A DNA stretch of 64,000 nucleotides from Eledone cirrhosa. Its lineage: Eukaryota. The translations under genes and the position numbers were made by a program. Shown here in pieces: positions 14,272-27,039 of the stretch. Location of the stretch: the NCBI GenBank assembly GCA_964016885.1, contig OZ024742.1:308946001-309010000 (forward strand), read 5' to 3'. Positions within the stretch are counted from its first letter, which is position 1, and every line of letters begins with the position of its first letter. The notes beneath the pieces were generated by a model. It was not told the DNA's origin. It saw nothing but the letters and a program-made list of their open reading frames with translations, and made no database searches.

Positions 14272-14444
14272 ATGTGAGTGTGTGTGTATATATATATATG
14301 TGTGTGTGTATGTGAGTGTGTGTATATATATATATATGTGTGAGTGTGTGTATATATATATATATGTGTGTGTGCGTGTGTGTACGGAGAAAGCAACTAA
14401 GAAGAAACTTCGATGGCTCTGCAACTATTCTACTCAGAAATAAA

Positions 14445-14503
<59 letters not shown>

Positions 14504-14711
14504 AATGAAATAACATACATACAATCATACATACATACGTACATACATACATACATACATACATACATACATACATACATACATACATACATACATACAT
14601 ACATACATGCGTACATAGGCACATACCTACACATACATAATATACATACACACATACGCATACATAATATATATACGCATGCACATACATACATACATGC
14701 ATGCATACCTG

Positions 14712-14781
<70 letters not shown>

Positions 14782-14910
14782 TACATACGCACACATACGC
14801 ACATACATACATATATATATACATATATGCATACATGCTTGCATGAATTCATAAATACATACATACATGCATACAAACAAACATACATACATACATACAC
14901 ACATACATAC

Positions 14911-15512
14911 ATTCTTGAGAAGTTGGGTTTCACAGGAACAGAAAGAACACAACTAGTTAGGAAATTACAAGTACAATCCATTAATACACAACTAGTTAGG
15001 AAATTACAAGTACAATCCATTAATACACAACTAGTTAGGAAATTACAAGTACAATCCATTAATACACAACTAGTTAGGAAATTACAAGTACAATCCATTA
15101 ATACACAACTAGTTAGGAAATTACAAGTACAATCCATTAATACACAACTAGTTAGGAAATTACAAGTACAATCCATTAATACACAACTAGTTAGGAAATT
15201 ACAAGTACAATCCATTAATGGAACAGTAAAAATATGTAAAACATTCCAAAAATTTTGCATCTAATGACTGCATATATACATGTACAGATACTAAGCATAT
15301 ACACATGCACACATACAACTCAAAACTTCCACATCCACACATACAATATGTGCATGTGCATATGCTTTGTATCTGTACAAGTGTATATGCAGTTATTAGA
15401 TGCAGAATTTTTGGAATGTTTTACATATTTTTACTGTTCCATTAATGGATTGTACTTGTAATTTTCTAACTAGTTGTGTTCTTTCTATTTCTGTGAAGCC
15501 CAGCTTCTCAAT
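14911..15512. mobile_element. Two inverted 3' fragments of an R4/Dong-like non-LTR retrotransposon
   Basis: 14911-15350 (+) and about 15347-15512 (-) both match the ORF end (LEKLGFT..KLQVQSINGTVKICKTFQKF) of the element at 21181; flanked by (CATA)n/(TATG)n. Confidence 0.85.
14947..15219 (+). repeat. 39-bp perfect tandem repeat, 7 copies, derived from LINE coding sequence
   Basis: acacaactagttaggaaattacaagtacaatccattaat x7; present as a single unit in the other copies of the LINE. Confidence 0.97.
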
Positions 15513-15696
15513 ATGTATGCATGTTTGTATTTATGGATTTGTGAATAATTGTTTGCATGTATCTATGTATATTTTTATGTATGTATGCAAGTATTTAAGG
15601 ATGTGTGTATAATTGTATGTATATAAGTGCGTATAATTGTCTGTATGTGTTTATAATTGTATGTATGTATGTGTGTATGTATGTATGTATGTATGT

Positions 15697-16089
15697 GCGG
15701 AGGCGTGGAAAAAACCGGTATGGTGCCTGAGCGCACTTTTAGATCATGGGAGTGAGAGACCCCTGGACCTTGTTAAAGCATCATTCTAGACGGAAAACTT
15801 TGATGTAAAACTTGCGACTCAACGGCAGCCAATGATGTTGATCTGTTTGGGGATACCTCTCACCGTTGTTCAGAGAATGTGATTGGTCCAGTGTAAAGCA
15901 TTTCTTCCCTTAAAAAGTTTCAAGCCCGAGAATCATTTGATTGCATGATCATGGCTGGCCATAGCAAAAAGAGACTTTTTTTTTTTCAGAAAGGAATGTA
16001 AGTTCTCGCAGAACTAAGTTGTCATATTAGGTCCACACATGTATGAGAAAAGTATCAAGTGGTTGCACTTCTCAAAACCGAGAGCCATT
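15697..16089 (+). mobile_element. RTE-derived non-autonomous element, family J (diverged)
   Basis: Shares cccct..ccttgttaaagca..ttctaga..ggaaaact and ccaatgatgttga motifs with families H and I; ends in gagagcca+(TATG)n. Confidence 0.55.
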
Positions 16090-16188
16090 ATGTATATATG
16101 TATACATGTATGTACGTATGTACGTATGTACGTATGTACGTATGTACGTATGTACGCATGTATGTACGCATGTATATACGTATGTATA

Positions 16189-16538
16189 TGCGCGGGAACA
16201 TAGAAATAATCGGGCTGGACACCCGATTTCGCGGTTAAACCACTGGGGAAAAACCCCTAGCCTTTGTCAAGGCATTCTTCTAGAAGAAGGCAACTCAAGA
16301 AACTGGGATAACTCTGACATATAACCTGCGGCTCAGTAGTTACCGATGATGTTGATCTTTTCTTCTTTTCGGGTTATAGCTATTGTTGCTCAGAGGGTGG
16401 GATTGGCTCAGTGCACAGTCTTTCCTCACTTTAAAAAATATCTTTACGCACAGGCATTGCATGATAGCATTAATTGATAATCATTAATAATGTTATATCG
16501 TGCAATGGCCATACTCGATAACGTGGGGGCAGCCATCA
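16189..16538 (+). mobile_element. RTE-derived non-autonomous element, family I
   Basis: Close second copy at 19791-20143; RTE-5'UTR-like ccctagcctttgtcaaggca..ctagaagaagg; tail ggccatactcgataacg..ggcagccatca+(TGTA)n. Confidence 0.7.
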
Positions 16539-16574
16539 TGTACGCATGTATGTATTTATGTGCATATGAATGTG

Positions 16575-16850
16575 CGACTTCGTGGTTAGGGAATTCGGTG
16601 CGTTGTGTCCTTGAGCAAGACACTTTATTTCACGTTGCTCCAGTTCACTCAGCTGGCAAAAATGAGTTGTACCAGTAATTCGAAGGGCCAGTATTGTCAC
16701 ATTCTATGTCACACTGAATCTCCCAAAGAACTACGTTAAGGGTACGCGTGTTTGTGGAATGCTCAGCCACTTGTACGTGAATTTCATGAGCAGACTGTTC
16801 CGTTGATCGGATCATCATGAACACTCGTCGTCGGAACCGACGGAGTGCCC
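16575..16850 (+). mobile_element. Second SINE family (CORE-like domain), partly deleted head
   Basis: gttgtgtccttgagcaagacactttatttcac motif; 3' part matches about 7210-7360, 37135-37340 (-) and 62790-62930. Confidence 0.75.
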
Positions 16851-16910
16851 GCCGTGTGTGTACGTACGTATGTATGTACCCATTTATGTATGTATGTATG
16901 GATGTATATG

Positions 16911-17499
16911 TGCAACTGGTAACATGTATCCCAGTACAACCTGTCTCATGGTCGGGTCGTTGGCGACTAAACTGGCAACCCCACCAAGGTTTCTTGGTGA
17001 GGAGGGTGACTTTGGACATCCTGCAGGACTAAAATCAAAACCTGTCAAAGGGCAAAGGAGCTCTTAAGAGTCAATGGCCATCCAAAATCACCGTGAGAGA
17101 TGACCCCTTAGCCTTTGTCAAGGCAGAATTCTAGAAGGAAAACTCTGATATAACACCTGCAACTCTGGTGGTATCCAATGATGTTGACTTGTTCTTCTTT
17201 TTGGTAAATATCATCTTGGTTAAGAGAGTGGGACTGGCTTTGTGCAGTGCCTTTGCTCACTATAAAAGCTTCACGGCACAGGCATTGCTTTATATCTGGA
17301 GATCCCTCTGCACTTGTCGTCACATGGTACCATGGGCCCAGCACTATGTGTCAATAAGTGTCACAAGTGTAGTGTTTGTACCAGAGTTTTCAAGTCGCTG
17401 GCTGGACTAAAAAGTCACACTCGTTCAGCGCATCGGTAAGGGTTCTGCTACATGGATATAAAGTAGTGGCTGTACTCGAAAACGAGTTGGCAGCCACCA
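16911..17499 (+). mobile_element. RTE-derived bipartite non-autonomous element, family H
   Basis: RTE-like 5'UTR fused to a 3' piece encoding a C2H2 finger (CSVCTRVFKSLAGLKSHTRSAH) and tail actcgaaaacgagttggcagccacca+(TATG)n; four copies in the window. Confidence 0.75.
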
Positions 17500-17533
17500 T
17501 ATGTGTTTGTATGCTAGTATCTATGTATCCAAA

Positions 17534-17608
<75 letters not shown>

Positions 17609-17699
17609 ATGAGTAGATCTATATACATTTAGCTACATGTGTACATATATCTGTTTCTATATATAAACGTGTGTATATGCTGTTATCACATGTTAACTT

Positions 17700-17805
17700 A
17701 CTGGAATGTTTAACATATTTCAACATTTCCATTAATGGACTATACTTGAGGTTTCCTAATTAACCATGCTTTCTGGTTGTGTGAAGCCCAACTTCTCAAG
17801 ATTCG
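17700..17805 (-). mobile_element. Diverged R4/Dong-like 3' fragment
   Basis: Reverse complement reads aatcttgagaagttgggcttcaca..tccattaatggaaatgttgaaatatg. Confidence 0.75.
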
Positions 17806-17896
17806 CAGTGTGTATGTATGCCTACATGTATGTATATATATGTATATGTTTATGCATGTCTGTTCGTACGTTTGTATATACGCCTGTATGTATGTA

Positions 17897-18087
17897 GCAT
17901 TAAGAACAACGGCACACCGTGTTCCATCAAATGGAGGTTATTAGAAAGATCTACCAACTACGTGAATGGGTCGAAATTTTGTCGACTTTGTAATTCTGAA
18001 AAATGGTATATACTCATACAATTAGCTTCAGATAATCACTGCCTCAACACACGGTTTGATTGCTTTGGCAGTTCTATCCGTGAGTAG
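17897..18087 (+). pseudogene. Relic GIY-YIG C-terminus of a second Hydra-type Penelope-like family
   Basis: IKWRLLERSTNYVNGSKFCRLCNSEK..LN aligns by eye to LTWRLLSRANSYTGGRRPCNLCSEE..LN of ORF 50464-52428. Confidence 0.75.
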
Positions 18088-18294
18088 AAGTATATTTTGA
18101 GTAAATCGTTTAGGCCTGACTAACAGGTCTAAAAGTATACTTTGATTGACTGACTATTCTGTATATTAGAGAAATTGGATTCTTTGAGTCAGCTAGAAAA
18201 AAAATTGTTTCTTCTATTTTTTTCTTCAAGCTTGACTGTGGTCTCGCAAGAGTTACTTCCCTTGATCTTACCTTCTAATTAAAAAATAAACCCT

Positions 18295-18866
18295 TGTTTC
18301 AGGAGTCATGCGCACAAAGATTCTGGCTACTATGATAATTCTGGGAGTTAAGAGCAAGGAAGATATCATGCCTCTTCACATCTTTCATCATAGCTTAAGG
18401 GTCAAAGTTTCTGACTTTGCGTAAGCAAACGAAGACTGTACTCCTACCAAAAAGACTCTGTGTTGTCTCATAACACCAAGTCGACAAAAGAATGGGTGAT
18501 TTACAATCTCCACGATCACGTCACCGCAAACATATGGCCTCCTAGTTATCCAGACCTGAATGCGTTGGACTACTATCTATAAAGCATAGTTGAGAAGAAA
18601 GTCAATCAACGAACTCCATAACATTATAAAGTCTCTGATTTCTGCCATAACAAGCATGTCCAAAATAGATAAAGATCATCTGATTCGGGAATATCAAACT
18701 TTCAGACCTCATATTGAAGCAGTCATCGATGCTAATGGGAGATTCATTAAGTAGATAGGTCAAGAAGTGTCTCAAGATTATTCCTGCCAAATAAAACTCT
18801 TCTTTCATGATTTATGTGTCTTTTGATAAATTCATGTAAATGTCCTCAAAGAACTGAGCAGCCCTG
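18295..18866 (+). mobile_element. Degenerate Tc1/mariner (DD37D/maT-like) transposon, 3' half
   Basis: Translates to NIWPPSYPDLNALDYYL*SIVEKKVN and RPHIEAVIDANGRFIK; ends gagcagccctg|TA. Confidence 0.8.
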
Positions 18867-19039
18867 TATATATGTTTATATATCTATATGTGTGTGTATG
18901 TATGTATATATGTATGTATGTATATATCTATATGTGTGTGTATGCATGTATATATCTATATGTGTGTGTATGTATGTATGTATGTATGTATCTATGTATG
19001 TATGTATGTATGTATGTATGTATGTATGTATGTATGTAT

Positions 19040-19500
19040 GTCAAAAGAGCAAAGGAGCTCTTAAGAGTCAATGGCCATCCAAAATCACAGGGAGAGATGA
19101 CCCCTTAGCCTTTGTCAAGGCAGAATTCTAGGAGAAGGAAAGCTCTGATATAACACCTGCAACCCTGATGGTATCCAATGATGTTGACTTATTCTTCTTT
19201 TTGGTAAATATCATCTTGGTTAAGAGAGTGGGACTGGCTTTGTGCAGTGCCTTTGCTCACTTTAAAAGCTTCACGGCACAGGCATTGCTTTATATCTGGA
19301 GATCTCTCTGCACTTGTCATCACATGGTACCATGGGCCCAGCACTATGTGTCAATAATTGTCACAAGGGTAGCGTTTTTCTACCAGAGTTTTCAAGTCGC
19401 TGGCTGGACTAAAAAGTCACACTTGTTCAGCGCATCGGTGGGGTTATCCTACATGGATATAAAGTAGTGGCCGTACTCGAAAACGAGTTGGCAGCCACCA
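19040..19500 (+). mobile_element. RTE-derived non-autonomous element, family H (5'-truncated)
   Basis: Close match to 17044-17499; flanked by (TATG)n. Confidence 0.8.
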
Positions 19501-19519
19501 GGTATGTATGTATGTATAT

Positions 19520-19710
19520 GTCGGGTCACTCTTGAGTGCTACTGGTAACATGTAACCCAGTATAACCTGTCGCAGGGTCGGGTCGTCGGCGACTAAACCA
19601 GCAACACCACCAAGTTTACTTGATGAGGAGGGTGATTTTGGACACCCTGCAGGACAAAAAACAATCTGACAAAGGGCGGAAGAACTCATAAGAGTCAATG
19701 GCCATCCAAA
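19520..19710 (+). mobile_element. Family H 5' portion
   Basis: Matches 16911-17087 and extends it about 17 bp upstream. Confidence 0.75.
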
Positions 19711-19790
19711 GGTGTGTAAATATGTATATACACATGTACATATGTATGTATATGTATATGTGTATATACATGGGTGCATGTGTGTGTATA

Positions 19791-20143
19791 TGCGCGGGAA
19801 CATAGAAATAATCGGGCTGGACACCTGATCGCACGGTTAAACCACTGGGAGTGAAGGAACCCTAGCCTTTGTCAGGGCATTCTTCTAGGAGAAGGCAACT
19901 CAGGAAACTGGGATAATTCCGACATAAAAACTGCGGCTCAGTAGTTACCGAGGATGTTGATCTTTTCTTTTTTTCATATTATATCTACTGTCGCTCAGAG
20001 GGTGGGATTGGCTCAGTGCATAGTCTTTCCTCACTTCAAAAAATATCTTCACGCACAGGCATTGCACGATAGAATTAATTAATAATTATTAATAATGGTA
20101 TATCGTGCAATTGCCATACTCGATAACGAAGGGGGCAGCCATC
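19791..20143 (+). mobile_element. RTE-derived non-autonomous element, family I
   Basis: Copy of 16189-16538. Confidence 0.75.
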
Positions 20144-20489
20144 ATGCATGCATATATCTATATGTGTATGTATTTATGTATGCAACAGTAGTAACTGCGA
20201 ACCAGTGAACGTATGTATGTGTGGGTTAATACAACTATAAGAATAAGCTTGTAAACCGGTGTCTATGTAAAGATCTTCATAGAAAAACATCTGCCAGTTT
20301 AAGTTTAGTAAGGGAAACATTTCTACATATTCGGTACTTGGGTAACGCTAGGTGCTGCTGCAACAGTGTTTCTTGGCGCATTTTTAAACCTGGCGGAGCC
20401 CATCTCCTCTACAGGCCTGAATACAGCAGATTTCTTCCAGGGAAGGATAAAGAGTGAGAGAAAAGAAGTAAGAAAGATATATAGAGGCA

Positions 20490-20642
20490 CCCCAGTACTA
20501 GACTGGTACTTTTTTTATCGAGCTGGAAAAGATGAAAGGCAAAGTTGACCTCGGCGGGATTTGAACTAAGAGTGCAGAGAGTCAAAACGAATATTGCAAA
20601 ACACTCTAGGAGACGTTCTAATAACTCTGCCAATTTGCCACC
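20490..20642 (-). mobile_element. Older Deu/Nin-like SINE copy
   Basis: ctggtactttt..gatgaaaggcaaagttgacctcggcgggatttgaact..ctgccaatttgcc. Confidence 0.8.
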
Positions 20643-20666
20643 ATACATACATACATACTTACACAC

Positions 20667-20697
<31 letters not shown>

Positions 20698-20747
20698 CAT
20701 ACATACATACATACATACATACATACTTATACACATACATACATACA

Positions 20748-21101
20748 TGGTGGCTGCCAACTCGTTTTCGAGTACGGCCACTACTTTATATCCATGTAGG
20801 AGAACCTCTACCGATGCGGTGAACAAGTGTGACTTTTTAGTCCAGCCAGCGACTTGAAAACTCTGGTACAAACACTACACTTGTGACAATTATTGACACA
20901 TAGTGCTGGGCCCATGGTACCATGTGACGACAAGTGCAGAGAGATCTCCAGATATAAAGCAATGCCTGTGCCGTGAAGCTTTTATAGTGAGCAAAGGCAC
21001 TGCACAAAGCCAGTCCCACTCTCTTAACCAAGATGATATTTACCAAAAAGAAGAACAAGTCAACATCATTGGATACCATCAGGGTTGCAGGTGTTATATC
21101 A
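20748..21101 (-). mobile_element. Family H, 5'-truncated, inverted
   Basis: Reverse complement of about 17147-17499, between (CATA)n tracts. Confidence 0.8.
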
Positions 21102-21180
21102 TAAATACATACATACATACATACATACATACATACATACATACATACATACATACATACATACATACATACATACATAC

Positions 21181-22012
21181 ATAACAAGTGCAGACTCCGC
21201 AGAACTAACATCGAGGATATCACCCATATCATCAGCAGCTGTCCAAAGATGTCATAGCGGTACAATCTACCTATGAGGCATGATGTAGTGGCCAAACACT
21301 GTACAATGCAGTTCGTAAAAAAGATAACCCCGATAATAAACACATTAAAAGCTACAGCAATGTGGAAGACATCCATGTACATAATAAGAAAGAGTACTGG
21401 TGGAATGTTCCAGTAAAAACCCCAATAAAATGCAGGCATAACAGACCAGATATTATGATATGGGACAGGGAGAAGAAAGCATGCACAGTAGTGGAAATTA
21501 GCTGCCCAGCAGATGCCAGTATAATATCAAAGATTAGCGAAAAGGAGAATATTTATGCAGAACTGATGAAAAATCTGCAGATACTCCACCCTGATTACAC
21601 CTTCAGATTTATGTCTGTGATTATTGGGGCACTGGGGTATGTTAGTAACTGCCTCAATACAAATCTTGAGAAGCTAGGCTTCACGTGAACAGAAAGAACA
21701 CAACTAGTTAGTAAATTACAAGTACAATCCATTAATGAAACAGTAAAAATATGTAAAACATTCCAAAAATGTTGAATCTAATAACTGCGTATACACATGT
21801 ACAAAGCGTATATACATGCACACATACAACTCAAAACATCCACATCCACACATACAATAACATCCATATCTACACATGCATGCGTACATACATAATCTAC
21901 CTAGTTGATGTTGTGTAAATTCCAATGAGAGAGTCTTGTGTCTATGTTAGAAACCGACTCTCTCTCTCTATTGGTAAAACTTTGTGAAATTATAAAACCA
22001 GAAGAACATACA
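21181..22012 (+). pseudogene. 5'-truncated R4/Dong-like non-LTR retrotransposon: CCHC knuckle, restriction-like endonuclease, 3'UTR
   Basis: KCRL..EDITHIISSC..RHD; YWWN..CRHNRPDIMIWD..VVEISCP..SEKENIY..VIIGALG (PD-(D/E)xK REL motif); stops and frameshifts; both ends abut (CATA)n. Confidence 0.85.
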
Positions 22013-22013
22013 T

Positions 22014-22372
22014 ACAAATCTTGAGAAGCTAGGCTTCACAGAAACAGAAAGAACATGACTAGGAAATTACAAGTACAATCCATTAATGGAACAGTAAAAA
22101 TATGTAAAACATCCCAAAAATTCTGCATCTAATAACTGCATATACACATGTACAGATACAAAGCATATGCACATACACATATACAACTCAAAACATACAC
22201 ATCCACACATACAATAACATCCATACCTGCACACACATGCATCCATGCAGACATGCATACATATCTACCTAGTTGATGATGTATAAATTCCAATGAGAGT
22301 ATCTTGTAACTATGTTAGAAACAGACTCTCTCTCCGTCGGTAAAAATTTGTGAAATTATAAAACAAGAACAT
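22014..22372 (+). mobile_element. Second, shorter R4/Dong-like copy in tandem
   Basis: Repeats about 21658-22010 including the 3'UTR end ..agaacatacatac. Confidence 0.85.
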
Positions 22373-22393
22373 ACATACATACACACACACACG

Positions 22394-22463
<70 letters not shown>

Positions 22464-22619
22464 GAGAGAGATACGTTATTTAAAGTAACTCCTCCAGATT
22501 CAAGATTATTAGTCTTTTATGTTTGGTAAACCCCCTTTTTTTACATCTTAAGCAAGTATATCTAATCCTATACACCTCTAACACTACCTTTATATTAGTG
22601 TGTAAAATGTATTCGCCAG

Positions 22620-23636
22620 CGCAACCACTATTGCTACAACCACTACCATCACAGCTGCCACCACTATCACCATCTCTACCGTCACCAATATCTCTGCCGC
22701 CAACATCACCTATACCGCGATCACCACCACCACCACATCCACCAACACCACCATCTCTACCACTACCATCACTCCCACCATCTCCACTACCATCACTACT
22801 TCCACCAACATCTCTACCACTACCACCACCAACACCAACACCATCACCAACACCAACACCAACACCACCACCAACATCACAGCAACCCCACCATCACCAA
22901 CACCACCACCACTACCATCACCAACACCACCACCAACACCATCACCAACACCATCACCAACACCATCACCAACACCACCACCACTACCATCACCAACACC
23001 ACCACCAACACCATCACCAACACCATCACCAACACCATCACCAACACCACCACCAACACCAACACCACCACCAACACCACTACCACTACCATCACCAACA
23101 CCACCACCAACACCACCACCTACACCATCACCAACACCACCACTAACACCAACACCATCACCAACACCACCAGCAACACCACCACCAACACCATCACCAC
23201 TACCATCACCAACACCATCACCAACACCAATACCATCACCAACACCACCACCAACACCATCACCAACACCACCACCAACACCATCACCAACACCATCACC
23301 AACACCATCACCACTACCATCACCAACACCACCACCAACACCATCACCAATACCACCACCAACACCACTACCACTACCATCACCAACACCATCACCAACA
23401 CCACCCCCAACACCACTACCACTACCATCACCAACACCACCACCAATACTACCACTAACACCATCACCACTACCATCACCAACACCACTACCACTACCAT
23501 CACCAACACCAACACCACTACCACTACCACTACCATCACCAACACCAACACCACCACCACCACCAACACCACTACCACTACCACTACCATCACCAACACC
23601 ACCACCAACACCAACACCACTACCACTATCATCACC
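22620..23636. repeat. (CAC/CAT/CAA)n trinucleotide-type low-complexity tract
   Basis: caccatcaccaa 12-mer subunits; poly-His/Pro/Thr ORFs are artefactual. Confidence 0.92.
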
Positions 23637-23734
23637 ATGGCAGTCACTTCTATAAATATCTCATATGACGTAATATTTCATCATTCGTATGACTTAGCAG
23701 AAATGAGTGTTGTATATTATATAACATCTAGAAT

Positions 23735-24202
23735 CACACACACAACAGCAACAACAACAACACATTCACACACATATGCATACACATACATACACACATA
23801 TGCATACACATACATACACACATATGCATACACATGCATATGCACAACAGCAACCACACATTCACACACATATGCATACACATACATACACACAACAGCA
23901 ACAACAACACATTCACACACATATACATACTTATGCATACGCACAACACCAACAACACATTCACACACAAACAAATACATACGCACAATAGCAACAACAA
24001 CAACACATTCACACACATATGCATACGCATACATACGCACAACAACAACAACACATTCACACACACATATGCATACACATACTTACACATCAACAGCAAC
24101 AACAACACATTCACACACATGTGCATACACATACATACGCACAACAGCAACAACAACGCATTCACACACATATGCATACACATATATATGCATGCACATA
24201 CA

Positions 24203-24267
<65 letters not shown>

Positions 24268-24960
24268 ACAGCAACACATACACATATCACATCAACGGCA
24301 ACACATACACATACACATATCATATCAACAGCAACAACACCTTCACACACAAACACATACCCACATATCAACAGCAATATATACACACAACAGCACCACC
24401 AACAACACATTCACACACATACATATACATACACATACATACGCACAACAGAAACAGCAACCACACATTCACACACATGCATACAGATACACACAACAGC
24501 AATACACAAACACAACATATATGCATACACAACACACAGACACACACAACACATTCACACACAACACATACACACAGAACAAGTATGCATGCAACACATA
24601 CATATAAGACTCATACACACACACACTGACACATATACAAGCGCATACAAAACTAATACAAACATACACAAAACACACATACATACACACACACACACAA
24701 CGTAAACACTAACATATACACTCTAAAAAACACACAAACACATGCACACTAACACATACGAACACACAGCGCTTACACTAATACATATTCACACATACAA
24801 ACACACACACCAACTCACACACGCCTATATACACACGCCACTTCATATAAAGCAACATATACACACACGAACCCGCACGAACACATGGACATGCTTACAC
24901 GCTTATATTTTCACACACACACTCACACACGATATACACACATAGAGGGACACACACATA
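23735..24960. repeat. Degenerate AC-rich minisatellite (acaacagcaacaacaacacattcacacacatatgcat..)
   Basis: Recurrent ~45-50-bp unit decaying into (AC)n/(AT)n. Confidence 0.8.
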
Positions 24961-25132
24961 TGCTTACAGACAGAGCCAAACGAACACACACACACACATA
25001 CATTATACCTTGAAGCAGATAAACTTATCTTCTCGATTATCTTATCGTGTATTGTTTGTTCTCCATGTATGTGTCTGTGTGTTTGTATGTGTGTGTCTGT
25101 GTGCGCGCGCGTGTGTGTGTATATACATGTAG

Positions 25133-25212
<80 letters not shown>

Positions 25213-25219
25213 GTGTAGA

Positions 25220-25596
25220 TAAATGTACCAAAATATACAGTAGTGTCCAATCCGTGTGAAGAACTCAATGTAATCCAAATATCATGAAAAGAGAAGATGT
25301 ATTCAAACATTTTTTTCGATGAAAATCACAGGAAAACAGAGTCAAGATAAATTAATAAAAACAATGAATAAAAACAAAGAAACAGTTCCTTATATTAAAA
25401 AATTCATCATTTTACGATCGTTTCTAGGATATATATGTGTGTTGGTATGTATATCATATAGATCTATGTAAAATTTTTACAAACTATCAGGGGAAATATA
25501 CATACCTACACATATATATGCTGTCTTCAGAAATAATGAATTTTTTAATATAAGGAACTGTTTCTTTGTTTTTATTCATTGTTTTTTATTAATTTA
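25220..25596 (-). mobile_element. Fold-back Penelope-like terminus in (TA)n with an asymmetric tail
   Basis: Inverted arms at about 25349-25412 and 25531-25596; the left tail contains an ATG (25310, MFEYIFSFHDIWITL..) running into the TA tract. Confidence 0.6.
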
Positions 25597-25777
25597 TATA
25601 TATATATATATATATTTATATATACACACACATATAAATACACGTATACACACACACACACACATATATATATTTATATATATATATACAATTACGCATT
25701 TGTGTCTGCATGTATACGTGCATGAATATATGTTTGCATGTATCGATGTATATGCAAGCACGCATGTATGTCTGTGT

Positions 25778-25823
<46 letters not shown>

Positions 25824-25834
25824 GCACGTATCTC

Positions 25835-26700
25835 TCAGTCCTTTTTCTTCTTTGCCCACTTATTCCTGGCAATCCTCGAGGACCGTCCCCAATTGATCCG
25901 ACTGAATCCCTAATCGAGGACAGTTGAGCTCATAGATGTTATCCAATAATCTTGCTCATGGGCTACCACTGGCTCGCCTGTCAATTGGTTTTGCTTGAGA
26001 CATTCTAAGCACATGTCCATAAAATGAAGCTGTGATCTCTGGATTCGGAAAAGTAGCGGCTCTATCTGGAGTGACTTTCAGATCTCTGACCTATGCACTT
26101 CAAAGAACTTCATTTCGGCCGCTTGTATTTGTGATCATATTATTTCGGTCATTATCCAAGATTCAGGACCATAGGTAAGGGTTGGCATGAATATTGAATT
26201 GAAGATAGCAAGTTTGGCTTTTATACCTATCTCCCTTCTTCTAATAACCGAATGCTGAAACTGACGCATTACTACACTTAATTCAGCCTTCTGCCTTCCC
26301 TCATTCGTGAACCGAGATACTTGAACCTCTGCACCTGCTTCAGTAGAACTCCATTTACATGTACGGTACAATGCGTAGGTTTCCTTGAACGGACGAGTGT
26401 CACAGTTTTCGCAGCACTGATTTTCATTCCAGCCGAGCAGTACTCGGCGTCAAACCTATCAAGTGCATGTCGGAGATCACTTTCTGGTGAGTTAAGTAAT
26501 ACCATGTCGTCTGCAAATTCCTACACCCGTCAGTCCTACACCCGCCAGTCTCGATACCATTTCCAACCAGGCTACACATCTCAATCTTGTCCATGACGAT
26601 AATGAACACAAGAGGTGATAGTGTGTATCTTTGGCGGAGTCCGACATCCATATTGAATGATTTTGACTTAGCACCATTTATCCTAACACAAATACTAGGG
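25835..26700 (-). pseudogene. RTE-clade (Expander/Rex3-like) reverse transcriptase relic
   Basis: GLRQ..LSPLVFIIVMDKI; FADDMVLL; GMKISAAKT; QVQRFKYLG; KLAIFNSIFMPTLTYGPESW; QIQAAEMKF, spread across several frames. Confidence 0.9.
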
Positions 26701-27039
26701 CTTCGTATAGAGACGTTAGGACAACAAGAAGCTGCCCATCGATCCCATAATTCTGTAGAGATCTACTTTGCCTTTCATACTTTTGGAGACGTTAAAATAA
26801 AGTGCCAGTCCTGGGTAAAATATTGGTGGAAGAGATGCCTTGTCGTATTAGTTCCAACTCTTTGTGATCTGAGTTCAAATCCCGTTGTGATAGAATTAAT
26901 CTGTCGCCCAATTTAACACCACTACCTGACCTTTAACAGAGTCCATATTGTTGCGAGCATTCGGGTCTGTTTTCAGATTTGAGGATATCTTCCTCTCCCT
27001 CATCTGTCTTGAAGGCCGTGAAAAAGATTCATGGCATTA

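Noticed and set aside
14947-15219. 39-bp array (and the 26-, 45- and 49-bp arrays) as CRISPR
   Set aside because: No unique spacers, no cas genes, eukaryotic context.
18103-18150. Hammerhead behind the Hydra relic (cctg/cagg stem, AGTATACT palindrome)
   Set aside because: Both core segments are unrecognisable; at best a decayed motif.
19520-19660. HDV-like or twister ribozyme at the family H 5' end
   Set aside because: Hairpins exist (tactgg/ccagta, gtcg/cgac), but I could not assemble the required pseudoknot order in both copies.
22523-23647. His/Pro-rich protein ORFs
   Set aside because: Trinucleotide low-complexity DNA; the same applies to 27000-27558 and 62876-63219.
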